A program made the position numbers and the translations under genes. Shown here piece by piece: positions 50,023 through 61,820 of a stretch of 64,000 nt of DNA (positions are counted from its first letter, which is position 1; each line of letters starts with the position of its first letter). The notes below the pieces were generated by a model, which saw nothing but the letters and a program-made list of their open reading frames with translations, searched no databases and was not told where the DNA came from. The DNA is taken from assembly GCF_040938485.1 (NCBI RefSeq), contig NW_027272312.1, positions 62,001-126,000 on the forward strand. The letters are read 5' to 3'. This DNA comes from Diadema antillarum. Lineage: Eukaryota.

Positions 50023-52650
50023 TTGGGGGGGGGGGGAGGTGGTGAGGATGGATGATTTGGGGGGGGGGGACATGACGGAGGGGTGATTTCTCCATTTAGG
50101 TGTATGTTAAAACTATGAGCCTGAGCTTTATGAAGTAGGCCTGTAAGGAAGGATGCAGTGTTTTTTTATGTTTAATCTTTCCAAGTAAATCAACTTCGTG
50201 GATACTTAAACCCTTTTCCCTCTGTACGCAAGGGTCCTTCAGAGGTATTTGGAATACTACACAGTAAATGTTTTTCCCTTCAATATTTGATTGTGTTTTG
50301 TATACATCCACCACATTTGCTGATGTAAATAACAACTCGGTCCACATGTCAAAGAAAGAATTTTTTCCTCGAGGTAGGGCAGACTTTGGGGCAGAAAGTA
50401 GCCTTGTCATTCATGGCTGAAAAGGTATAAATCTTATTGAACTTTCATTTTATGTCGTTTGTTCTTTATTTTCATTTCCAGCTTATTTTGATACCTGTGG
50501 TGTCAATGTGTGACAGTTCTAGATGTTAAGGGTCTGTTGTATTGATACAGGTGATGGGTGAGACTGACATTGCTTATGGCACATTGTTGTCATCATTTTT
50601 GCTATTTAAAGACGACCATGTTTGCCAGCTTTTAACCCCCCCCCCCAAGAATTAGACTAGACTGTAAATTTCAACTAGCAGAACAGAAGTTTATCTTCAT
50701 CCACTGGGGCCTATCATGCATAGTGTTAGACATGCCTTTGTAATACTTGAAACTCACAGTCACTGTGGAACATTAAATATCTGCTTATCAATGATTAATA
50801 TTCACTCATATAATACACATTTGTAGTGTCTCATTAAACTACAAAGTAGCAGGTGATGGGGGCGTAATTTTTTCGACATTTATTTTTATCCACCCTTATG
50901 ATGGTGTAGTGCTTTAAACTGTTAAAAGACAAGTTCACCTAATATATGTTTTGATTAAGTGAATGCAGCCATTAATAGTAGTAGAAAACATCAGTGAACA
51001 TGTTAGGAAAAATATCAGACTATCTATGAATTCAATAGTTACGAATTTGTGAAGTTTCAGTGCTGGCATCACTGAATGAGAAGGCTATTAAAGTGCAGTT
51101 TGTGATGTCACGTGCATAATAACAATATGAAGAGAATTAAAAAAAAAAATCCACAAAAATTTCATTCGAAAAAAGTACTCATTCCCTCAACTTGTTGCTG
51201 TTTGTTAATGGTAATATAAACCCACCCCCTCCTTTCTGAAAGAGGCAAGTCAAGTGCTATTCTATTATGTGAGGAAAGTGATACATGTATGTTGAATTTT
51301 CTTTAAATATCATTCTTTGCAATAAATACTATGTGACATCTCAAACTGTACTTATTGTAATACTCAGAGATTGTCTCTCTCAATTCTGTAGCCCCTTCCC
51401 CACGATGTTGTTGCAGCAAAGTGTTTGATGGATTTCGATACGGATCCCCAGAAAATGCACATATTTTATGCTTTTCATTCGTTTGTTTGTGTGGTAACCC
51501 TCGGGTTCCAAAGCAGCCAAAATTGAATTGATTTATGGTACTACAACATGTACTGGAACTTGTACATAATCTAAACATCCAAGGGTGATTTTTGATGTGT
51601 GAGTTTAGTCTGACTGCACAAACCCGCCTTTCTCAGTTGATGGTATACATTGTAACTCAACAACAAATAATGCTTATATATGCTGTTTAAATAACTTGAT
51701 TGTTTGTTTTTAGTTTAGGGAAGTTTTATTCACAAATTTCACAAGAAGTGAATTTATGAGCCATTTTTTTTTAAAGGTTTATGTATTTAGGGAACTTTTC
51801 ACAAAGCAATAGGAACAGATTTTTAAAAGCATAATGTATACCGTAAGGCTAGATATATTCTCGGCATGAACTTTTCACAAATTGTAGTTGATGGCCTTTT
51901 TCGAGGCTTGAAATTTTTGCAAATTGCCACTGGCATCAATGCATTTGTATGGGAAACAAGAACTTTTGCATGCATTTTAATTCTATGAATCTTAGCTCTA
52001 GCAAAAATTGCAAATTTAAAATGCACATTAAAATATTGAGTTTGATTGTTTTTGTTTCAGAAAATGATTGATGTTTTGAATGTTGCGAAAATCATGAAAA
52101 TCATGTACAGTGTAGGGCCTGTGTAGTGTTCTGAAATTACGTGTTTTAGTAATAGAAGAAAAACATATTGATGGCCGTGCAGTGGTTCCGACTGCTACAA
52201 AGTAGGACAATTGAAAGAAAAGGCGGTCCTTTATGGCATTCATGTACACCTACGTAATTTGTGTATCCGATTCTTGGTTTGGAAAGCCACCATCTGTGGA
52301 TTGCTGTTTGGTAAAATTCCTTGTGACTAGCCAAATGGTACAATCTTATCTTAGCATCAAATCTTGTCTGGGTTCACGAGCTGATTTGGTTCGATGGCTT
52401 ATCCTGAATGTGTATCGTCCGTGACATTTTAAGGTGTTTTTATTTTGTAGAGCAAAGTTCGAACAGTCTTCCTTGAATCCGCCTGTCTACGTGCAATTGG
52501 ATGTGATTATAGAAGGAAATCTTAATCATTGATGTTTTTTTTTTCAATTAAAAATCTGATTGTGCCACTGAAAAATATTCATTGTTTTTGTGTTACAATC
52601 TCTTTCTCTAGGTAATTACTCCCTGGGCAATTGCCCCAGACCCTTTCCTT

Positions 52651-52756
52651 GACCCTAACCCTGATCCTTATCCTGAACCTAATCATAACCCGAACCCAAA
52701 CTCTAACCCTAAACCTAACCCTAACCCTAATCTTTACTCTAACCTTCTCACTAACC
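52651..52756. repeat. Degenerate telomere-like (TAACCC)n tract
   Basis: CCCTAACCC...CTAACCCTAAACCTAACCCTAACCCTAA hexamer periodicity, followed by (GT)n at 52766-52822. Confidence 0.75.
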
Positions 52757-52760
52757 AGTT

Positions 52761-52825
<65 letters not shown>

Positions 52826-55800
52826 AGGGGGAGGGGGGGGGGAGGTATTTGCCCTCCCCTGACTGATACATCTTTCTCTATGGCCATTGCTTATAAATCA
52901 GCACATATGATTGGCAGCACTCTTTTCATCAATCTGTCACATTACATTGGCATGCAATGAATCATTTTTTTTTCCCACATTTCTTCCCATGAGTATTTAT
53001 TTTACTTGTAAGGGATGCATATCATCAAGCATATTGGGATATTCAGTAATTCTCGTTATGATGTGATTAATGCACAGTAATTCCCTATTTCATGAAAGCC
53101 TTATCCATGGAGAAGGTTATTCAGGCATCCGGGGAGGTTTCTGCGAGTTCGTTTTTTGTCAGGTCTTGACTGCCCTTACTGACCTACTGAGTTGATTCTC
53201 AGTTTTTTTACTGAAATTTTTTTATTAGGCAATATATGTATCAACCCTGCCATAAATTCACCAGAAATGACACTGGTATTACCCCATAGCCTGACCAAAT
53301 GGTTCTATCCCAGTGTTTCCCAGTGCCAGCATTAGTCAAGCCTGGTTGATAATGTAGGGCAGTTATTTGGCTTGGGTGAGGTTAATTGATAGCCATTTGT
53401 GCTGGAGCTGAGAGGTCCTCCAACCCATTTCAGTGACTGAGCCATGCTGCGGCTTTAAAAAACGAGGACCCACCTGCAAAGTGATTTGTCAGGCTGTTAA
53501 ATCCATCCTTTTCATCAGCATACTCAAATGGTAAGTAAAGAGCACCATCGTCTTATTTTTTTTCTCCAAACTTTGTTCTACATCTTTTTAAGCAGTGCGC
53601 CTTTCGATTGCAGTACCGCTCGAATACACATCGTACGAATGCACGTGCACGTGCACATGACCCTGCGCGTGTATGACAATCTATAATCCCATATTTGTCA
53701 GGATTTGATAGCTATATTTCGATTGACCTTTGCATTCATGGCGTTGTAGATGGCTACGAAATGGTCGCTAGGTGCCACGTTTGATGACTTATCACCGCCA
53801 AGTGGTCATACATCCTCCTTAATGATCGCTTTTATTTCCCACAAAATTTCCCCATCTCATTCATACTGGTAGCCTTCATTCTCATCTCCCTGCTCTCTTG
53901 CATCCTAAGCCTATGAAACCTGTTCTCCTTGACTGAGAGATCAGCTGTGGGTGGGCGTGGCAGATACTCCTATGGTAGGGAGAGCCAGGAGGATGCGAAA
54001 AAACATCCCCAGGAATCCCTGTCCTGTGGCGGAGGTAGCCAGAGTGTTGGATGTCCATCAGCAAAGTACTTCCAGTTTGATTGATGACCCCTGCCAAGGT
54101 GGCCAAGAAAAGGAAGAAAAAACAAAAAACAGGAAGAAAAATACTACCTGATGAATGATGAAAGCAGGGAATTTGGCTGGCTAAGATTATAACTGATGAT
54201 GACAGGGTGGCGAACTGCCCAGGCTGGGCCACACGTTTGTTGCTACTGGTGGAAATGGGCCGTAGGAACAGTGGTTGCATAGGAGGGTAATGACATGTGG
54301 GTTTGTTTTGGGTGTAGAAGCAGCAAGCATCAACAGTTTGGATAAACAACAGTAAATAGAAGTGCAAAAAACTGAAGAAGGAGTATTGTATTGATCATAT
54401 TAAACTCAGAGGGAAAGTTAAGGGACAGATGTGGTGTCTGAAATTTTAAAGTACATTGCACGTGTGATTTTCCCCCTGTTTTCAGGCGGAGGGACAGGGG
54501 TAGGAAGGGGTAACAGTGCAATAGTGAAAAAAAAAAAACTATATCCGATTAACTTTCTCATGGAAATTGAGAAACATGTGGAGATTAAGAAACAAGGAAA
54601 GGGGGTAAAGCCGATTCATCATTAAAATGAAGAAATGAAAGCAATAATGGATGTCACTCGCTGAAAAGAAAGAGGGACTGATTTGTTGTGAAAGTTAGTC
54701 ATTTTCTCTTTTTTTTTTTGGGGGGGGGGAGGGGGTCCAATGTCATGGAATCATAAAAATAGTAATGTGCCGAGTGCTTTTGTCGGAGAAATGCTGCATA
54801 AAGTTCACCATTTCCTAACCCTCTCTCCATTCAAAGACTCCCGTGGAGCTTTTGGAGGGAAGAACTAAAACAGCCTCACCGGCGATTGGTCGATGCCCAA
54901 CTATGTAGCAATTCTTGTAAAGTTGCAATTGTTGTCGAGTGCTTTGTGACGCAAGTCCATCATGTGGTTAAGTCTGCTCCCCCCTATCTCTTTCTCTCGC
55001 CTCTGATTTTTTGTGCTAATGAATGAAAAATAAATTGCTGCTTTTCACCTTTCCGTGAGGTGAAAATCAGACCAGTCATCAATTAATTTACTTTGATGGA
55101 AGAAAAAAAAAAAGAAATGAAGAAAAGAGCAAGTAAAGCCCCAAATCTAGGATGTTTACAAGTTCTGCAGTGCCTGTCTGTGCAAGCGTGTTTGTGTCTG
55201 CAAATGTGTGTTTGCATTTGTACCATCATCCATCATCAGCAGGCTGCCCCTCCTAAAAACCGATTGACCCTGTTTGATACCTCATAAGAATGCACCATCC
55301 TATCCTTGAATCAACAGGTGTATGTCTGTGAATAACATTGTAAAGTGAAACCTTACTTGTCTTCCCATTGAAATCTGGGGGGGGGGGGGGGACGTTTTGT
55401 CGTTTTGTCACCTATTCTGTCTTTTTGCTTGCAATGTCCCATCTCTTAAGAAATGATTTTCAAACCTTTTTATAATATCAGAGACGATTGGCAGTTTGAG
55501 GTGGTTTGGGTCTATGTACATTGTAGCTGTGCTGTAGCACACCTGAACTGTGAATGGTGTATTCTTGAATGACTAAGCTAAATTGTGTAGTGCAGAGCTT
55601 CATCTTCTTATGTAGTAAAGATCGGTACCCGGAGAGTGTGATGTAGCATGTACTTTTTATTTGACAAAGAGAATAGATGTATTAAAAAATTTGTTTATTT
55701 GTTTATCTGGGTGACGGGAAGTCTGGCCAGGGAGGATGTGGTATTGTTTGTTGTTGTTGTTTTTTAGATTTCAACAAGGAAAGAAAGAAGTTAGCGATGT

Positions 55801-56750
55801 ATTATGTACTTAATCAATTTTTTACCCTAAGGTGAACTGAAGAGGTCATGAACTGTGTATCAAGTTCAAGGGTTCAACGAATCACGCACAATCTTTTCTT
55901 CTTTTTGTGAGTTCAGGCTGTTAACAAAGAGAGAATTGATTTTTAAGAGTTGGTTTTTAGAGTGTATTATGACATAGCTGAATTGATATCTTTGGTATTT
56001 ACTGATGAGGTGAAAAATGCAAAGTCCAGAGAATATTGAGGAGGTACACAACATTATGGTGTCACCGCAAATCTTTCTTCCTCATTTACTTTACCATGCA
56101 AACCTTCAAACAACGCATAAACTGTTGTACAAGTGTACAGTAAATCTTCTGTTCCCTTTGAAAAATTCTGATACACTTGCTATTTTCCCAATGAACTGGC
56201 AACTTATTGTTAGTCAGGTTCACACAATGTTTTGGATGTTAAGCTTATAGTTCTTAACAACATCGTACGACACTCCTCCACATGACACCTAATCTTCAAG
56301 ATTAAACTTTCAAGCGAGATTCCCACTCGATGTGTAAACTGTAAAACCAAACGAAATACTTACAAGCAACACCAGTAAGAAGCCTGGTTTTTGAGTGAAG
56401 ATACATTAGTATGCAGCACACTTTGGAGGTTGACTGGGAAAAATTCATGCTAACTTTCAAGTTTTGTTGATTGTCATGTCCACACGATGTGTTGACCTTA
56501 CAATTTGTAGGATGTGCTGTGGTTCTAATCATCGATTAATCTTTGTGATTGCTAACCTTCATGTTTGTCCAGATAGTGCTAAACTACAAGCTAATCATTG
56601 AAGTTTAAAACTTCAAGTTAATCTTTTATAAGATTAGAAATGTCATGAGATCTAACTGTGGATAAGAATGGTTTTAAAACAGGCAATTTATGATGCATTT
56701 TCTTGTGTCGGTGACAAGCTATGCGTAGAGAGTGATATTCTTTTTTCTAA

Positions 56751-57308
56751 AGGGAAGATAAACCCCAAGAGCAATGTGGATTGAGTGAAAGCAACAACAT
56801 TAGTAAAACACATCAGTGAAAGTTGGAAGAAAATTGGACAATCGATGCAAAAGTTATGAATTTTTAAAGTTTTGATGTTGGAACCGCTGGATGACGAGAC
56901 TACTAGAGGTTATGACATATGAGTGGACAACAATATCAAGAAAATATAAAGAAAATTCTGCAAAAATCAATTTTTCATGAAAATTACAAATTCCATCAAC
57001 TTGATGTTGACATATGTTAAGGGTAGCAATTATTCCCCCTGCTTTCTGAAAGCGGTTGGTCCATTGCTCTTTCATAATTCTAGAAAAGTGAATTTTTGTT
57101 AAATTTCCTTTATATTTTCTTTGTATTGTTGTCCACTCATACGTCATATCCTCTAGTAGTCTCCTCCTCCAGCGGTTCCAACACCAAAACTTTAAAAATT
57201 CATAACTTTTGCATCGATTGTCCGATTTTCCTCAAACTTTCACTGATGTGTTCTACTAATGCTGCTGCTTTCACTCAATCCACATTGCTCTTTGGGTTTA
57301 CCTTCCCT
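56751..57308. mobile_element. 558-bp long-arm palindromic MITE (Kolobok-like, TTAA-type target)
   Basis: CTAA|AGGGAAG...CTTCCCT|TTAA; inverted arms of about 200 bp (e.g. CAATCGATGCAAAAGTTATGAATTTTTAAAGTTTT / AAAACTTTAAAAATTCATAACTTTTGCATCGATTG). Confidence 0.85.
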
Positions 57309-57757
57309 TTAATGATAGTATTCAGTGATGAATACAGCTGACTTTTACATTTACCATTACACCCATCACAAGTAGGACAGTATGCCACACTGGTCTCCCT
57401 CCATTGGATGATATACTACCTCTGTGTGAATAAAAGGGTCAAATGAGGGTTGCTGTATAGCAATATCTTATCCCAAAATGATTAGAAATGACCAGTCTTA
57501 GGACATAAATTAGAGTTTGGATAAACATGTTTCTTTAAGGGGAAGTCCATTATGTGGGGAAATTATAGCCCCATTATGTGCAATGGGCCTGATTTTAGTC
57601 ACTGTGTTTACAAGCAAAAGTGACTTCCAATCCTCTGCCCCCCCCCCCTTTGAGACTAGTGAAACTCTCTGCTTTTCGTGAAGTTTAGGATTCTTGGGAT
57701 TCTTTGTTTTGAAAACATTCTTGTCCTTCACCATCAGTTGATATTTTAGGACTCTAT

Positions 57758-58303
57758 AGGGCTTTTTACACTTGTAAAATTTTGCTTAGCCCCGGACTAA
57801 CGGTGGGGCTAAGGGGGGGCCTTAGCCCCACCGTTGGTACGGGACTATCCTTAGCCCACTTTCTGTTTACACTCGTTTTTGCCAAAGTGGGCTAGCCCCA
57901 CCGATAGTACGGTACTATCTGGCCCTGCAAAATAGCAGGGGTTAGCACCGCAATTGCGGTGCCAAGCAAGTAAGTGTAAACAGAACGAAAAAATAATCCT
58001 GGGCTAAGCGACGGAGACGAAGTCCGACCCTCACTGACCAATCAGAAACGAGGTAATCAAGTGCTGCCGGTGCGTGCGTGTACGTGTACAGTACACAGCG
58101 TAATTATGAATATTCATGTGGTTTGGAAAGTCCGGGGCTAAGAAATACGAGTGTAAAAAGGTCAGTTTTCTCCTTAGCCCCGGACAAGAGATAGTACGGT
58201 ACTAACTGGCGAGTGTAAAAAGCTGAAAAAATTGGTACGGGACTAACGATAGTCCTGGGTCAGAGAAAGTCCGGGGTTAAGAAACACAAGTGTAAAAAGC
58301 CCT
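57758..58303. mobile_element. 546-bp PIF/Harbinger-like MITE
   Basis: TAT|AGGGCTTTTTACACTTGT...ACAAGTGTAAAAAGCCCT|TAT (3-bp TSD); many internal TTAGCCCC/GGGGCTAA and GTACGG-ACTA motifs; CpG-rich, so probably young. Confidence 0.8.
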
Positions 58304-61300
58304 TATGGTTTTCTTCTTCAATTTGACTTGTTTGCTGTAAATGATCATCTATCAAGCAAAAGAAAAAAATAAAGGGGAGGGGGGGGCTAAGTATATTATC
58401 TCCACTTTTTAGTATCAGATGATGGAATAGCCTACACATAAAAATCTCTTAGGTTTCAGAATACAACACCAAAATAATCCCACCCAGTCTCACACATCCA
58501 TCTGTATGGTGGTCCTGTCTGTACATTTTTCCGGAGGGTTTTTTTTTTCTTCATCTTGTTTTCCATCTTGCGAGTCTGCATGAGTGAGGAGACATTCTGA
58601 AAAAAATGTGATGAATATATGATTTTTCTGAACTCGGCCACATACATGTAGAAACACATTTACCATGTGCTCACGAGAGTGCCAAGATTTCTGTTTCCAA
58701 AAATATAATAGGTGATCAGACCTTCTAAGCCAGGCAGGCATGTAGAAGTGCTAACAGATGTAATAAACATTGCAACATGAACGTAACATGGCATGCATGT
58801 TGCCCAGACCATGGGATTGCCAACCTGGAAGATATCTGGTGGATGAAAGTCAAGATGGGTTGAATCAACAAAATCACTGAGGAAATCTGTATTACTGTTA
58901 AAACTGGAATCTCTGTTAGTACTGTGTAATATCGCCATATTGTATTAAAGATTTTTCCCTAAATTCCCACCTCCTGCATGGCGGACATCATAACGATGTG
59001 CCGATGGGATTAATACGATGGGATTAATACGATGTAGGCCTACTGTACGTGTTCGTAAATTGTGATGTGTGAGTGTTTACTTGTGTACATTTGTGTGTTT
59101 GTACATAGCATCATGTGGGTGTGGGATAGTAGCATGGGATGGTGGTTTAAAAGCGTTCTGTAGCTTTTTATTTTATTTTGGGACAGTCCTTTGAGTGCCA
59201 AGTATAACAACCAGATTTTATCAGTTGGGGCTGCTGCGTCTAGCCTCGGGAGATACTGTTTGCCACGTTGGGGCCAGGGAAGAGAATGGGTCTCTCATCG
59301 GGTATGTCATATACAAAGGGGTAATTCTCCCCTCTTTCTTTTCTTTGCGGGACACGGAATGCTTTTCTTGCCATCTTATTGGGAGCAAAACATGCCGAAT
59401 AGAATTAGAAACCCATCCTTTGTGCCACAACGCGGTCACAAGCAAACACAAAGAGATAGAAAATAAAGGGAAAAAGAAGGTTTAAAGAGAGAGAGAAAAT
59501 AAAAAGAGGGCTCGTGATTCTGTGTAATGCATTCAGCCCACATGTGCTACGTGCTGAATCAGAGGTACTAATCCCAGCCAGTGTTTTGGCAGGATTTCAT
59601 TTTTCTGTCGATGACATATGACCTTTGACCACCCTTCTTCCCCTAGCAGTAACATTCGGCTCCAGAAGGGGCTCGTTCACGGGTACATTTTATGTCTTTC
59701 CCCCTCTGTTCTTTCTTTTTTATCCTCATGTCCTCTTGGTCGCCTGATTTCCAGTCCTTGGGATGAAATCTCGATGGTGTAAATGTGTCTACACTTCATT
59801 CCTGGCTCCGCTATTCCTCCTCTAACTGACATATTAGGCCCTATCTGTATTTCTCTCCACTATTTTTTCTCTCCCCCCCCCCCCCCCCCCCCCCCCCACC
59901 CGTCCCTCTTTCCCCTCCTCCCATCTTTCATTTTGACCAGTGTTTTGGGTGGAATGATGTGGGTCAAATCATTTCCTAACCATGCCCAAAAAAAAAATCA
60001 TATTTGACTGGAGCAGAAATTTGTGAGGAATGTCTGTGTTGGCTTGGATCTGACCGACCCTAGGGCCGACCCAAGCTTGGATTCTCTCCGGTTTTTGTGC
60101 ACGTAGAAATCGTTTCCATGTGGTTTACCCTCTGATGGCCCTTCAGTCCCCCAGTGTATACTCCTTATTTCCTTTTTGTGTGTGTGAGTGTGTGAAGGCA
60201 CACTACGTGACGAGGAAAACGTGGATATTGTCGGTACATGCAAAGACTTAGTATTCTCTTCCGAAAGAATGTTTAATCCTTCTTTTCTTTTGGATATCCT
60301 GTCTGTCTGGAATTCATTTTGCTTTTAATAGCTGACCAATATCATATGAATCATTTTTTTTTTTTTTTAGTTCTTTCCTTCAACATATGGTTATAACAAA
60401 TTTGTTCAAATTATGGAATAACTGTGCTTTGTGAGCAGAAGTGGAAATGAAACTGAAAGAAAACAACAACTGCAGGGACTGCGTCATCATTCACCATATA
60501 GCCTGACAAGACTGAAAAACTAACAATAAAAGAATCTTGCTCAATTCTGTACGTAGGAGTAAGGACTTGTAAATGTGATGCCATGTCACAGTTTAAGCAA
60601 CAAAAAATTATCTATGCTCATGCCCCCCCCCCCCAAAGATGCCACCCTCATACCTTTAAGCCTTGCGTAAAGACTAGCTGGAGCTTTAGCCTGTATCACA
60701 TCTGTCACGACGGATGTCTGGAGTATGTAACATTAGTGCTGACATTACCACGGCCGACTGGCAAGCCAAACTAACAGTGAAGGGTAGTGCTTTCAGCTAA
60801 TGTACATTGTGATCCTGATGTGGGGTTGCCATGGATACGATGAAACCCCTGCCTTCATTTCATCCACCCCTGGTTGAAAGTTCAGACGTAAATGACCGCC
60901 ACAATTAGAACTTGGCGGTGTGAGACTGTCAGTGCCCTTCCTGTGCCTGTCAGCATACCTTTTTACCTGCCAATTGTGTTCAAGCATGACTCGGCAGGAT
61001 GATCATTGTCTTCTCAGAAGATGCAACTCAATCCATCAATCATGTCGCCCAATTTCAATTTGGAATGTCGAGGGGGTTGGGTGGAGGAGATTTAATGATA
61101 TTCAGTGTGATATCATGCACTCAGAACATAGTGTGACCATTTCACTGGTAATGTCTAATGACTGGCTGCCATGAAAAATGCGTATAAAGTCTGCTTGGAG
61201 CATGGAACTGTTTTAGGAACCCGGTCTGAACCCAGTAGGGATGTATACTTGCTGTCCAACTATCAGGTGTCACACCACAGGGTTGTTAAAACCAGTGGCA

Positions 61301-61516
61301 TTGTCAGAAACTGGTTGCAGATGTACTTGGATTGGTTTGTGAGGTAATTTATATTCATATCTGTGTAATAAGAAAAGTGTAAATGTCACAAAATACTTCC
61401 ATGAGCCAGTCCGTAAAGAATGTAAAAAATATCGATGCCCTCTTTTTGACTTTTTCTCTTCTTTTTTTTTCAGGGGGGGGGGGGGGGGGCGGCGGTTGTG
61501 CAGCTTGAAAAGTCTA

Positions 61517-61820
61517 CAGAGACTCCAACCCAAAGTACCTTCTGATCTGGAGATTCTCCCGCCTGAAACCCCTAGCAAACGGGAGACTCAAAGTTGATAT
61601 GTGAGAAGCGGGAAATTCCCAGGGTTCTAGATGCTCTCTGGTGCTATCTAAGGCTTATTTTTTTCAACATACGATAGAAATATGTAAGAAATCCTTTCCA
61701 ACGGGAGACAAAGAGCCAGGGCGGGAGAAATTAGATCTCAAACGGGAGAACGGGAGATTTTGCAAAAATGGGTTTTCGGCGGGAGATCTCCCGTCGAAAA
61801 CGGGATAGTTGGAGTCTCTG
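61517..61820. mobile_element. 304-bp hAT-like MITE with 6-bp TSD
   Basis: Perfect 13-bp TIR CAGAGACTCCAAC/GTTGGAGTCTCTG; AGTCTA on both sides (61511-61516, 61821-61826); repeated internal CGGGAGA motifs. Confidence 0.8.

Noticed and set aside
53882-54367. 161-aa minus-strand ORF
   Set aside because: No domain, low-complexity composition and no splice support.
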